Counted from the stretch's first letter, positions 1 through 14,790 are shown. The stretch: 64,000 bases of DNA from Octopus vulgaris (GCA_951406725.2 OX597828.1:21886001-21950000); one strand, 5' to 3'. Numbers and translations: made by a program. The notes: generated by a model from the sequence alone, not told the origin.

Positions 1-362
1 GTCACAACGTTGTCGAAACACCACTTTTTTTCCTGGATCCGTTATGCTAAGGAATCTATTTTATGAACACACATTTGTATGAAATAATTATTCTTTTGGG
101 ATAAAACACTACAACGCTTAATATATCCACGTTCGAATTTGCCGGAAAGTATTCAGAATACTTTTGTAAGCCATCGTCCCCCTTCTTACTAATTACAGTG
201 CATATGACATTATACACACACACACACACACATACACACCCACACACAAACACACACATGTACGTGTGCGTATATATATATATGTATACACGTGTGTGCG
301 TGTATATATATGTATAGGGGAGAATTCACAAAAAAAAAGACAGGTGATGTAGACAACAAACA

Positions 363-417
<55 letters not shown>

Positions 418-1266
418 AATATAATATAATATAAATGTGCTTTTACGCAACTGCACGTGCGTCAGTGCATGTGCGTGTATATACCTTCATACACTAAAAT
501 TGCAAAGTTGTTTTACAGAGGGTTAGGTAAAAACTGCGTTAATGAGTCACTTTTGTTCGATTAATGGAATATGAAACGAAACCATTTCATATCAGATATT
601 TTCCAATCTTTCTGGACTCCAGAACATCCAAAACATAATTGTGCTCCTTTTTTCCATCACCATGTAAAGGAAGCAATTCTCCCGTTTTGAACCCTTGATA
701 ATTAGAGAACAAGGGCCGCATGCCGAATGGTCATACTTGTAGATATGACGCCGAAGCATGTTCATACATATTTAATAGACTTAGAGACTAAGAGACCTCG
801 TTCAAACCACTACTTTCATACACCTGCACACTAACATTATAATAACGAATGCGCCTGATAATATTTACTTTGATTCACGCATAAATATCACATAACAAAT
901 GGCTTTTACCGTAAGTAATTTTATAGTTGGAAAATTTGTTTTGCTTATATACCTTTCGGCGTGCATGTATGTTCGTGTTTGCGTTCGCGGTGCAAGTGTG
1001 TGTGTGTGTGTGAGTTTTGAGGTCAAGCAGGACAGAGCCGCACGTTGTTGCTAGTTCAATGTTTTGTAGCGAAGAAACTGTGATGTATTTAGTATTTAGC
1101 ACTGCTGTCTTGGTTAACTGAACGTCCTGTACAATGAAAATTATTTAGTGAAGAGGATTTGTGCAGAGCTAATCCCATTTTTTCGTCCTTCAAAATTGTA
1201 CGGGTCTGGGGCAGCAAGCATCATGAGCCCAGAATTCAGCACTTGTATGCAGTCATATACTTTAAT

Positions 1267-1978
1267 CAAGGGTTCTCAAGATCCACTTGATTACTATGTT
1301 ATTCAGGTGGACCCCATAATTATTCAATGCTGAAAAACTAGTTTTATACTCTTTTTCTCTTTTTTACTCTTTTACTTGTTTCAGTCATTTGACTGCGGCC
1401 ATGCTGGAGCACCGCCTTTAGTCGAGCAAATCGACCCCGGAACTTATTCTTTGTAAGCCCAGTACTTATTCTATCGGTCTCTTTTGCCGAACCGGGGACG
1501 TAAACACACCAGCATCGGTTGTCAAGCAATGCTAGGGGGACAAACACACACACACAAACATATACACACACACTTATATATATATACATATAAACGACAG
1601 GCTTCTTTCAGTTTCAGTCTACCAAATCCACTCACAAGGCATTGGTCGGCCCGGGGCTATAGCAGAAGACACTTGCCCAAGATGCCACGCAGTGGGACTG
1701 AACCCGGAACCATGTGGTTGGTTAGCAAGCTACTTCCCACACAGCCACTCCTTTTAAAACTTCTTTTAAAATTCCTATTTTGTTTTTCAGACGTTAACTT
1801 GTGTAAAGTTGAATAATGTAAAACACGAGAGAAAGAAATGCATACATCGAAAGGAAAATATTTCCAGGGTTCCTTAAAATACTGTTGTGGACCCCCAGTT
1901 TACTAGTTTGTAGCATGGACTACAAAAAATCTTTTATAAACCGTCAGGAACCATCTGGAAACCATTTGAGATCCATTG
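1267..1978. mobile_element. Degenerate hAT-like MITE interrupted by a SINE-A copy
   Basis: Left end CAAGGGTTCTCAA (1267-1279) matches revcomp of right end TTGAGATCCATTG (1966-1978) at 11/13; 8-bp flanks ACTTTAAT/ACTTAGAT (6/8); internal GTGGACCCC subterminal motifs. Confidence 0.45.
1345..1751 (-). mobile_element. tRNA-derived SINE family A (octopus OK/OR-like), full length
   Basis: Minus strand begins GGAGTGGCTGTGTGG (A box), GGTTCAGTCCC (B box), CORE-like GGCATCTTGGGCAAGTGTC, internal (TA/TG)n and 3' tail GGCGGTGCTCCAGCATGGCCGCAGTCAAATGACTGAAAC; more than 10 homologous copies in the window. Confidence 0.9.
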
Positions 1979-2350
1979 ACTTAGATGATAGTTGTAAGAC
2001 CTGAAGGGCCTTATCTTATATACACACATATAACACACGTGCAAATACATTCACAGAAGTATAATAAGCCTTCTAAGACTTATCAACTGAATTAAATACA
2101 ATTATCGAACAAGGTGTAATAACACTGAAACATGATATCAAAAGGTGTTTTTAAGAATCAAATCTCACTAAGTGGTATTATTTCATATATCGTTCAGAAA
2201 CATTGATCAAGCCTGATGTAGTTATACACTTCCTTTTGTTATCTTCTTCAATTTTAATATCATTTGTGGGACTTGTCTACAAGTTAAGATAAACTCCAAT
2301 CTTCTAGTCTTGTCAAAATGTGTGTCTATATATATAAATATGTGTGTGTG

Positions 2351-2385
<35 letters not shown>

Positions 2386-2415
2386 ATACACATGCAGAAG
2401 TACATACATACATAC

Positions 2416-2466
<51 letters not shown>

Positions 2467-2987
2467 TGTGCATATGAGTTTATGCATTATATATATGCAT
2501 GCACACAAACACGCATATGTATTTGCATATATACAAATTGATATTGGTATATATCAAACCAATTCTTATATTCTAGTGTATAACTCGAAGTTAAAATCTC
2601 ATCAAACGATATATATACACAGGCACACACTAATGCACACACATAAATATGTAAACTTAAATACATAAAATTTATACATACATACATACATACATACATA
2701 CATACATACATACATACATACATACGTACATATATATAAAGATAGATACATACATACAACGGACGGGCATACATACATTCATACATGTGTATTCATGTAT
2801 AGATATAAACATACATACTCCGATTCATATATACACACATGCATGCATGTATATCTGTGAATGTTACTAGCGATGCACATATAGATATTTACATATGCAC
2901 GTATGTAAGATAAGCGTACACGTACCGAAATAGAGTTACACAAACGTATACACACACGCACATGCACAACAATGCGCACATATACAT

Positions 2988-3042
<55 letters not shown>

Positions 3043-3122
3043 GGTACATATACTATATATATACACCCACACAAAATAGATATACATCGATGCATGCATA
3101 TACATATAAATATATATACATG

Positions 3123-3154
<32 letters not shown>

Positions 3155-3630
3155 TAAATGCATATATATATTTATACGTATTCACACACATATATATGCA
3201 TATATATTTAAGAGTGTATATGAAAATACACATATACACAGATACACACGCATACACACACACACATATACATAAACCTCTATTTGTAAACGTATGTAAA
3301 TCTTATTGCACATACTCGGCTACAGGTACTGGGGTGATGTGGTGTTAGTTTATCACATAGATAGAAACCTGATACGCTATGTCTTTTTTTTTTCTCAGAC
3401 CAATTCATATGAAGTCTAATTGACTTCTTACACACAACTATAAGATTTCAAAAGAATATGATCAACATTGCCGAAACATAAGACAAAATATACAGAAAGT
3501 GAAAGAAAAAAACACTACTAAAAATAATAAGAATACCAATATATACACACGAGTAGTGTGCAAATATTTGTTTTTATCTTAGTCTGTTTAACTTTGTGTC
3601 TCTCAGTGTCTATAACTCTTTGATTCGTGC

Positions 3631-4608
<978 letters not shown>

Positions 4609-4637
4609 AACACAGATATTTATGTATGAATTATATA

Positions 4638-5033
4638 GGAGTAGTTACGTGGTAAGTAGCTTGCTTACCAACCACATAGTTCCAGGTTCAATCCCACTAA
4701 GTGACACCTTGGGCAACTGTCTTCTACTCTAAAGGCTTATGAGTAGATTTGGTAGACAGAAACTAAAGGAAGCCCATCGTATATGTACATATATGTGTGT
4801 GTGTGTATGCGTATGTATATGCTTGTATGTCTGTGCTTGTCCCCCACAACAACGCTTCATAACCAGTGCTAGTGTATTTATGTCCCTGTAACTTCGTGGT
4901 TCAGCAAAAGTGACCGATAGAATAAGTACTAGGTTTACAAAGAATAAGTCCTGCAGTGGATTTGCTCGACTAAAGGAGGTGCTCCAGCTTGGCTGCACTC
5001 AAATGACTGCAACAAATAAAAGAATAAAGGAAT
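4638..5033 (+). mobile_element. SINE family A, diverged full-length copy
   Basis: GGAGTAGTTACGTGGTAAGTAGCTTGC head through GACTGCAACAAATAAAAGAAT tail, collinear with the other copies apart from a short internal deletion. Confidence 0.9.
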
Positions 5034-5265
5034 ATGTACAAGTGTAGCATAATTCGTACACATATGTATTCACACGGACACACACACATATAACTATATA
5101 TGGAAGGCACCTTGTTGGATGAGACGGCACTCTACTCATCTGTAATAGAATGCAGTTCACTTCACCTGCCAACTGCCTCATTCTAGACGCTTTACTTGGT
5201 CATGTTTAAGGGAAGCGAAAGCCAACATACGTATATATTTTCTGGCAAATAATTAGTCAGATAAT

Positions 5266-5710
5266 GTTTCTTTATTAGCCACACAGGGCTACACACAGAC
5301 GGGTCAGATTACAAAGTAGAGCTTTTTTGTGGGGGAGAAAAAATAAAAAATAAGTGGGGTAGGTTTTCAATCAAAAGGGATCGTAAAAGGGAAAGAAAAA
5401 AAAACGATCAACAGGGATCGTGTATCACAGAAATGTCATGATGTAAAGTGTGAAGGGGGAAGTAGATAAGGTTTATCCGTGGACAGAAAAGCCCTATGGC
5501 AAAGACCACGGTAATCTCGGTCAATAATGTTGCATAGGATTATCCTCAATGTGGCTTCGTCTTTCATACGTGCCATCCTTGCTACATTCACCCATCTTTT
5601 TTTGAAACATTCGCTAGACAAAACTTGCCTCTCTACTCTCAGTTTCCTTTTCAAGTGATACTTGAAGAAGTTGATGAGAGATTGACCAGAGAGGAAAGTG
5701 TTTGTCTCCA
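5266..5710 (-). mobile_element. 5'-truncated Tx1/L1-like LINE (ORF2 C-terminus plus 3' UTR)
   Basis: Peptide ETNTFLSGQSLINFFKYHLKRKLRVERQVLSSECFKKRWVNV; 3' end ...GTGGCTAATAAAGAAAC; exact 8-bp TSD CAGATAAT at 5258-5265 and 5711-5718; homologous copy at 14800-15150. Confidence 0.75.
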
Positions 5711-6229
5711 CAGATAATAATAATAATAATAACAAAAAAGAACTAGCGAAGACTGATATATGTATTTAAACAATACTCGCTCGTAAGTGACGGCTCACTG
5801 TAACACATTGCAATACTTTCCTACTCCCACTTTCTTTTATTCTCCTTATTTATATATCTCTGAGTAAATCTGTTCTTTACTTAACTAGTCTGATCACTCT
5901 AGCACACACACACACACATACACAAATACACTTTTTCTCCCTTGATCTGTTTATCTAATTTTCTCTCTCCACCCTCCCTCTTTATTAATCTATCTATCTA
6001 ATTCGCTTGTGTTTCCTCTCACTCAATCTTTCTCAATATTAAAAGACACATGTGTATTTATTAGTTTACTTCAAACGATGTACCACATTGTTCTGTTTAT
6101 GAATAAAGTTTATATACACATAAAGAAACACATGAAGATGCAAAAATATTTAAAAGCACACACACGCACACACATATGTATATATAGCTCCAGACGCATA
6201 TATATACATATATATACATACATACAAAC

Positions 6230-6261
<32 letters not shown>

Positions 6262-6898
6262 CTCAATATACATACATATATATAAATATACATGTGTATA
6301 TATATGTATATATATCAATATACACACATATATATATATATATCAATATATATATACATGCACACACACACACTCACACGCTCACACACATATATATATT
6401 TATATAATCTATACCTACACGGTGTGAAAGTATATATGAGTTTAATAATTTTTTCAACTGTATAATAATTTTAACACTTCAAATGCTGGTTAAGTCTGGT
6501 ATTGTATATTTATATATTAAAAGTTTGGCAAGTTATTATTTATTTGTTTATGTACAAAAACTAAACCAGTTTGTTATAAAATCTTAGCTAGATGTATTAA
6601 ATGCATTACCAGGGTAAATGTTTTACTTTTCCTCTGCACCATTTTTGCTGAAAGAAAATCTATTCCGTAGCATACTTCATAGATGCGGACCCTATAAGCT
6701 CCTTTATAACATCAGACTGATGAGATCCAACTAGACCAAAATCGCTGCAATATACGAATAAAAGGGGGCCTGTGTAGCTGAAACGAAAGAGAAAGAAAGA
6801 TAATTGAAATAAATTCAAAAAGATTATATTATATATTTCATTTATTTCACTTTCCTTTCACTAAAGAAATTGTAAAAATAACATGAAAAATAAAAATA

Positions 6899-7253
6899 CA
6901 TTCTTTGTAAGCCTAGTACTTATTCTATCGGTCTCTTTGGCCGAACCGCGAATTTACGGAGACGTAAACACACCAGCATCGGTTTTCAAGCGATGTTGGG
7001 GTGGGGGGAAGGGACACAAACACATACACACACATACATATACATACACATACATACGAAACCCGTCGTATGTATGTGTGTGTATGTATACATGTGTATC
7101 TATACGTATGGTAGCTTCCGTCTACCAAATCCACTCACAAGGCTTTGGTCGGCCCGAGGCTATAGTAGAAGAGACTTGCTCAAGGTGCCACGTAGTGGGA
7201 CTGAACCCGGAACCATGTGGTTCATAAGCAACTACTTACCACACAGCCACTCC
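6899..7253 (-). mobile_element. SINE family A lacking its 3' tail
   Basis: Collinear with 1345-1751 from TTCTTTGTAAGCC to CACAGCCACTCC. Confidence 0.9.
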
Positions 7254-8016
7254 TAAGCCTATATCCTTACGCCTATATCCTTAGTCTCTTGTATCCATGA
7301 ACCTTTAAACTCTTGTGCATCCATAAACCTATTTCGGAAAATTTAATCTCTTCATAATTGCTTGAACTCTACTAGTTTTTATTGTATTTCATTTATTTCA
7401 TGTCATTTTGTTTTATTTCACCCTGCTCTTTCATCTTTTTAACTTCTACTAACACCGCTACTCCTTTATCTTTCTGTACTCTAGTTATATTGCCTCGGGT
7501 ACATCAACACATTATACTCACAAAATTTCAGAATGAAGTATGTACTGTAGATAGCTTATTTTGTCTTGCTCTTATACACATCCATCCACTCATACATACA
7601 TTCGTACATATACACACAGAAACGCGTGCACATACATGCACTGATATGCGCATATACGCATGCATGCACAAACGTGATTACCTTTATTACCAAAACACCC
7701 CAAAATCATTTTACGTAATAGTATTCTGTTCTAAATATTGACATACTCAGTTCTCATTAAATCTTAATTTCGACTCCCTCAGCAGATAAGCAACTGTCAA
7801 AAAATATAGATCTGTTTCTTAAATGCCGTTCATGTAAATTAATACAACAGACATATTGTTTTACTATCTCCCACTGAATATTCTTAAAGTGCCACTGTGG
7901 AAACTAAATTGACACTGATTTATAAAATGTCTCTCAGGCCTCCAGTGAGCTTAGATTGTTTTACATTTTTACCTGCAAAGCTATGGGTTGTAAATATTTG
8001 TCTGAACACATATGTG

Positions 8017-8226
8017 CCTGGGGGTGCTGGAAGGTTCCTAGCTTTGGGTAAAAGGAAATGCAGTAGATCAGTTAATTATGATCTAATTCACATATTCCTC
8101 TCTCAGGTACACATACTTACTGCGCCGGTCCATCTTTTTTTCTGAGCCCGTAGAAGTCAGAAGATTGAGCCTCCAGCAAAGCTTTTCGCAACACATATAA
8201 AGCGAGGAACTCTTCAGGTCTCCCTG
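8017..8226. mobile_element. mariner-derived MITE
   Basis: Imperfect ~28-bp TIRs (CTGGGGGTGCTGGAAGGTTCCTAGCTTT / AAAGCGAGGAACTCTTCAGGTCTCCCTG|TA); minus-strand remnant RRSKYVYLREEYVN resembles the mariner C-terminus RWxKCVxxxGxYVE. Confidence 0.6.
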
Positions 8227-9017
8227 TATGTACGTATGTATGTATGTATGTATGTATGTATGTATGTATGTATGTATGAAGTTAAACTGCATCCGGTAGT
8301 GGGGTCCTGATTCGAGAACTCTTTTATCTATTATTGTTCCTGGTTCTTTTCTGACCCATTAGTATTGGCACATGTTGGGGTCCCAGCTTCGAATTAACTA
8401 ACAGATGTGAGGAAATAACATCTGAGCACAAATGCAGCAATTAAATCGATTAGTGTCGGAGCGTGCAATAAAACCACTAAGAGAAAGAGACCTTTAGAAG
8501 TTGTCACAGCATCCTTTCTGGAAAGAGTCACTGTGAAGGAGGATCTGAGGTTTCATGTGATTAATAGTTATCTTCCTTCGTTCAACCACTAGCTATTAAT
8601 CTCGGAGACTCAGACAGTGGTCCTCGTGTTGTGCAAGCGTTTACCACTATAATCCAATGACGCGTAGCTGTATCTTTATAGTAAACTAATTTTTCATTTG
8701 ATCTGCTGAAAGTCCTATAGCAATGGAAGAGTGGAAACGTGTGCAGACGTAAGCAAATGGAAGCGCACAGAAAATTATTGCTTTCGCCAGTCGCCTGTGT
8801 TCGAAACCATGCAGATCTGAAAAGTCATCTTGGAGGTCATGGAAGGAAAGTCAGAAATGCTATTGACAGCGGAAAGGTACAGGAAGACGGCAATAATCTG
8901 TGTACACACACACAATCACACACATGTATACATATGATGTTAGGATTGTAGAGCCTTATTTGGAATCGAGCACAAACCCAAAGAGCGACAGATTTGCTAA
9001 ACGTTACACTATCAACA

Positions 9018-9082
<65 letters not shown>

Positions 9083-9682
9083 TGCATGCGTGTGCGTGCG
9101 TGTAGTCTGGGTCAACGAAAATGCCTTTGTGTTTTGCAAGAAAGCAAGGCAAAAGTGTTATGAAACAAGAAAATTGCAACAAACCTGCTCGAAAGTGTTC
9201 TCAGACATGCGCATTGCGTTTTTATTCTTCTCTTCCGTTTTACAATGCGTGCTCATTCATCTCTCTCCGACTCCTACTCAAAACAGTTTAAACATCACAA
9301 CCATCTCACAAACCTCTGCAGGTGAACAGCGCATCGAGCTCGGATGGCTGTGAAAAAAGCGATTTATTTAATCAATGATATACATACAATTTTGCTCCAA
9401 TATCTGCTGCCATCTTGTGGAGAGATCCGCTATTCCTTACTCATAGAATCAGACAAAGAAGCGGACAGATCCATTATTCCTTACGCAAAGAATTCCTATC
9501 TTTGCTCGCGTTAACTACCACTTTATACATTTACATTTATATATACTGGTATGTATCTTTTTGTTCCCCTCTGTCTCTCACCCTATAAATTTATACCCGT
9601 ATACGTGTGTATTTACGTATTTATGTATGAGCCGAAATATATATTTTATGCACATATGTGTCTATTCACACACATGAAAATA

Positions 9683-9808
<126 letters not shown>

Positions 9809-9997
9809 CAAGCAAAGTAGTTGTAGCATTAATCAGCTGGAGAAGGCGTTCTACTGGTGCTAAATCATGGTAGTAATGTCGTTCCGTACGGAGCAGCCAT
9901 GTTGCAGTGGTAACAATGTGCATATATATATAAATATATATATATATGTATATATATATGTGTGTGTGTGTGTGTATGTACATATATATATGCATAA

Positions 9998-10050
<53 letters not shown>

Positions 10051-10580
10051 ATATGTATATATGTTTATATAAAACTATACATACATATTTGTAGATATAT
10101 AACAACATATGTGTTTATTCAAACATATGTGTGTGTATGCATACACACACACATGTATATATGAGGAACGTGGAGTACGTGTGGGTGTGTTTTGCCTAAC
10201 TTATCTTAAGTCAGCAAAGACTGTGTCCCTATAATTCATTGAAAATATTTTAATTGATGTTGACAATCTTCCCCAGAGACGATATAACTTACCTTTTAAA
10301 GTAATTACTCAGAGATATTCATCAACGTTTCCGAATGAAGTCACAAGAATTTCAGAATTAACATATTTGCCATACATCACAGAAAAACATACCTCACACC
10401 TAATGAGAGCTTAAAACGAAATAAATGTTTTAGTCACATGATATAATTAAATTTTCTTTTGAGTCATACGTTCATAAAGTCGCTTGCTCGGATACTATAG
10501 CGTAAAAATGACCGATATCAAAGTATTCGTCATGACCGGGTCGCTAGTCTGTTGTTGAAACGAAGACCAGCAACTTTTCA

Positions 10581-11113
10581 GAGCAGGTGACAGGTCGATT
10601 ACACCGACTCCAGTACTTAACTGGTACTTTATTTTATCGACCCCGAAAGGAAGAAAAGCAAATTTGGCCTCCGAATTTCTTTTCTACTCTAGGCACAAGG
10701 CACGAAATTTTGGGGGAGGGGGCCAGTTGATTAGAACGACCCCAGTACGCAATTGGTACTTAGTTTATCGACCCCGAAAGGATTGATAGGCAAAGTCGAC
10801 CTCTGCGGAACTTGAACTCAGAACGTAAAGGCAGACGAAATACCTATTTTTTATTACCCACAAGGGGTTAAACACAGAAGGGGACAAACAAGGACAGAAA
10901 AAAGTTATTAAGTCGATTACATTGGCCCCAGTGCGTAACTGGTACTTAATTTATCGACCCTGAAAAGATCGTAACGGCAGACGAACTACCGCTAAGCATT
11001 TCGCCCGGAGTGCTAACGATTCAGCTAGTCTCCGAATTTACTGAATGTAGAGAGCTGGAAGAAATATTGTTATACATTTTTTTTGTCTTTACGATTCTGC
11101 ATACTCGCCGCTT
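10581..11113 (-). mobile_element. SINE family B (MetaSINE-like core): old copy with a younger dimeric copy (10679-11029) nested in it
   Basis: Core GTCGACTTTGCC...ATCCTTTCGGGGTCGATAAA..AAGTACCA on minus strand; 10-bp duplication CTCCGAATTT at 10669-10678 and 11030-11039. Confidence 0.85.
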
Positions 11114-11328
11114 TATTATGACTAATTAAGTAATAATAAAAATTAGTTCCCTTTACAATGCACAACATCTCCGACTAAGCTATAATAAGAAATTACACAA
11201 CTTTAGAAGCTGCTTTAAGTTTTAATATTTATATATGAAGTATAAAACTTGCTAATGTTCGAATTATTAAAATTTCTCTATGTAATTGTAAAAACCAATA
11301 TCTAACTTCAGTTTAGACATAAAACACA

Positions 11329-11363
<35 letters not shown>

Positions 11364-11729
11364 AACTATATAATTTTTATTAACAGGTTAATAAATGCAT
11401 TATATAAAAGTTGATGTTCCAAATGTTATCATCGATTTTCAACCAACCACAAAATTAATAACAATCCAAAAATCATTCGAGTACAATTCATCGCCAACAA
11501 ATGCACGCACACATACACAGAACGTCTAACTCTAGCCACTGATATTATGCTACATATCCTTTCCCGTTTTCATCTTATTTATCGCTCCTTGTCTTGTTTT
11601 ATAAATCAATTATGTCCCTCTCTCTCCTCGGCTATCATCGCAGCAAGCATGGAGCTTCCCGCAAATCACTTATATATCATAAAATGGATATTGCTACTTT
11701 TCCATATATTCTGGGGAGAAGGAATCAGA

Positions 11730-11900
11730 CCTACCTACCTACCTACCTACCTACCTACCTACCTACCTACCTACCTACCTACCTACCTACCTACCTACCT
11801 ACATATCTACCTACCTACCTACCTACCTACCTACTTTCCTACTTACCTACCTACCTACCTATCTACCTACCTACCTACCAACTTACGTACCTACCTACCT
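11730..11900. repeat. (CCTA)n microsatellite
   Basis: Direct inspection. Confidence 0.95.
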
Positions 11901-12126
11901 ACATACATGCATACATACATACATGCATACATACCTAACTACTTGCCTGCCCACCTACATACATAATACATATCTACATGCACACATGCATACATGTATA
12001 CATACAAACATGCATGCATGCATAATTACACACAGACATACGTATTTACATACATACTTACATGTATATGTACACTGACACACACACACACACGCACACA
12101 TGCACTCATACCTCACACATATTTAT

Positions 12127-12486
12127 TATTCTTTTATTTTACTTGTTTCACTCATTTGACTGCCGCCATGCTGGAGCACCGCATTTAGTCAAACAAATCG
12201 ACCCCAAGACCTATTCTTTGTAAAAACTTATTCCATCGGTCTCTTTTGCCGAACCACTAGGTTACGGGGACGTAAAAAAAACACGATCATCCGTTATCAA
12301 GCGATGTTGGGAGGGGTGGACAAACACAGAAACAAAAATGCACACACACGCACATATATACGACGGGCTTCTTTCAGTTTCCGTCTACCAAAACCTTGTT
12401 TTATTCTCTCTCTTTCTTCTGTCTCGCTTTTATTTCCTTCTCTCTCTCTCTGCCTCTCCGTCTCTGTTAATCTATTCTCTCTCTCA

Positions 12487-12521
<35 letters not shown>

Positions 12522-12697
12522 ACCTTAGTTCTCTAATTGTCATTTCAGCCTGACTTGTGCACGTCTTTCTCCCGTTTTCATAAGGCTTTGGTCGGCCCGA
12601 CGGTATAGTAGGAGACACTTGCCGAATGTGCTACGCAGTGGGAGTGAACCCGTAACCATGTGGTTGGGAAGGAAGCTGCTTACCACACAGCCACGCC
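12127..12697 (-). mobile_element. SINE family A interrupted by a ~185-bp CT-rich insertion
   Basis: Family-A sequence breaks after CCGTCTACCAAA (~12392) and resumes at CATAAGGCTTTGG (~12579). Confidence 0.85.
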
Positions 12698-13533
12698 TAG
12701 GCCTATGTACACACACATACATATACATACGTACATATAATATACATACACACACACACATATATATATATATGTAAATTATATACATACATATATATAT
12801 ATATATGTATGTATATAATTTACATGTGTGTGCATGCCAGGGTACGTCGTAAATATGAGCTTTAATATTCTTTACATTATTTAAAATTATTAATATCATA
12901 CATTCTTAGCCTAGAGTGTTTCAAATTTTCTACAGATTCTTTACGATTTTCTCGCAATAACAACATATTTCTCCTTCAAATATCTTATTCAAAATATCAT
13001 TCTGAAATTACTAAAACCTCCAATTTAATATACAGAAGCTTATAATTTCCATCTCAATTATTTGCGTCTTTCTTTTATCTTATCTATCATGAAAATATGT
13101 CAGAGGTTCTCTGTTCTATTCTCTCCCATTCTCCTTTCTCTCTTTCACTTCTTTCTCTCTGTCTGTCGCTCCCTCTCTATCATTCTGTTCTCTCTGTCTG
13201 TCTGTATGTCTCTCTTTCTCTCTGTCTTTGGTTCTCTAATTGTCAGTTCAGCCTTATCTGTGTATGTCTTTCTCCCGTTTTCTTGTGCTGCTGCATCTTT
13301 GCAAATTAAAAGCTTCACATATGTCGTTCCAGTCACTATCGTAATCGTCGTGGTCGCCATCAGCCTCTTCCCGCACACTCATCCACTTCACCCCTATCCC
13401 CCACCTCCTCCTCTTCCTCCTCCCCTCCACTCAATCTTACTGGAATTCTTTTTCTCTACTCCCCTTCTCTTCTCTTTTCCTCTTCTTCCCCCCTCTTCCC
13501 AACAAAGAAAAAAAACAGCAGCAATAATAATCG

Positions 13534-13744
13534 CTTCTACTGAAGGCACAAGGCCTGAAATTTAGGTAAAAGGGGATAGTCGATTAGATCGAACCGGTAC
13601 ACAACTGGTACTTAATTTATCGACCCCGAAAGGATGAAAGGCAAAGTCGACCTCGACGGAATTTGAACTGTGAGCGTAGCGACGGGCGAAATGCCGCCAA
13701 GCATTTCATCTGGCATGCTAACGCCTCTGACAGCTCGCTGCCTT
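13534..13744 (-). mobile_element. SINE family B, full-length monomer
   Basis: Minus strand AAGGCAGCGAGCTG...GTTCAAATTCC (B box)...core...CTTGTGCCTTCAGTAGAAG; flanked by AATAAT runs. Confidence 0.9.
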
Positions 13745-13760
13745 AATAATGATGATAATG

Positions 13761-13821
<61 letters not shown>

Positions 13822-13840
13822 TAATAAAAATAATAATGAT

Positions 13841-14158
13841 CAGCAGATGACAACGTGTTTCTAAAAGAAATGGAGAAACTTTCAATATACTAGGACCCGG
13901 AAATAGAGGTAACTGGAATATGGAATCAAAAAACAGAAACAATTCCTATCATAGTAAGCGCATTAGGTACGATAAAAAATATTCAGACAAATACATAGCA
14001 AAAAAACCAGGACTTTCACGTATATATATATAACATACAGAAAATTGCACTACTGGGCACTGCACACATCCTAGGTAAAACACTTTCAATAAAGTAACCA
14101 TCAGAGCATCACAACAAATCACAGCACATACCCAAGGCACGCAATAAAAATAGAACTA

Positions 14159-14161
<3 letters not shown>
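13841..14161 (+). mobile_element. 3' end of an R4/Dong-type non-LTR retrotransposon (restriction-like endonuclease C-terminus) inside a (TAA)n array
   Basis: Translates ADDNVFLKEMEKLSIY*DPEIEVTGIWNQKTETIPIIVSALGTIK and, after a frameshift, YNIQKIALLGTAHILGKTLS*, matching the R4-clade EK..KY.DL..E....W.....P...GALG and QK.ALLGTA.IL pattern; flanked by (TAA)n at 13745-13840 and 14162-14340. Confidence 0.85.
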
Positions 14162-14238
<77 letters not shown>

Positions 14239-14273
14239 TGATGATGATAATAATGATAATAATAATAATAATG

Positions 14274-14339
<66 letters not shown>

Positions 14340-14340
14340 T

Positions 14341-14790
14341 ATGCCCTGATGCTGTACCAGGCAGTGGCTCTCATGGCTTCTGATCTTAACTGATTGGAAG
14401 TGTTATCATGTACATTGTTTTGTTTTGGTATAAGAGATGGGTTACAGCAAATATTCTGCTCAATACTACAGATTTACCTGACAGTTGTTTGACCTTAACC
14501 AGTTGAGCATGTCCCTTAGTGGCTGACGATATGTGTATCTCTGATCACGAGCAAAAGTAGTGGGGGAGCATCAAAACCATGTGCTGAGAGAGATTCTTTG
14601 AGGTTTGAATAATTCACCTCTGGAAATATGGGTGTTTCGTTCAACATCCTTAAACAACCCTTATTCAGGGACATTCTGAGCGGGATGGGTTACTCGACCA
14701 GAACAAAATTCTAACTGGGTCCCACCTGCAAGTTCATGTGCTGTTTATCTTGATATGAGATCACCATGTCGCGCACATATGGTTGTGATG
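14341..14790. mobile_element. Unclassified element abutting the (TAA)n array (possibly the 5' UTR of a TAA-targeting LINE, or a minus-strand element with an (ATT)n tail)
   Basis: Complex sequence with a sharp boundary at the end of (TAA)n; no ORF recognised; single copy in this window. Confidence 0.35.
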
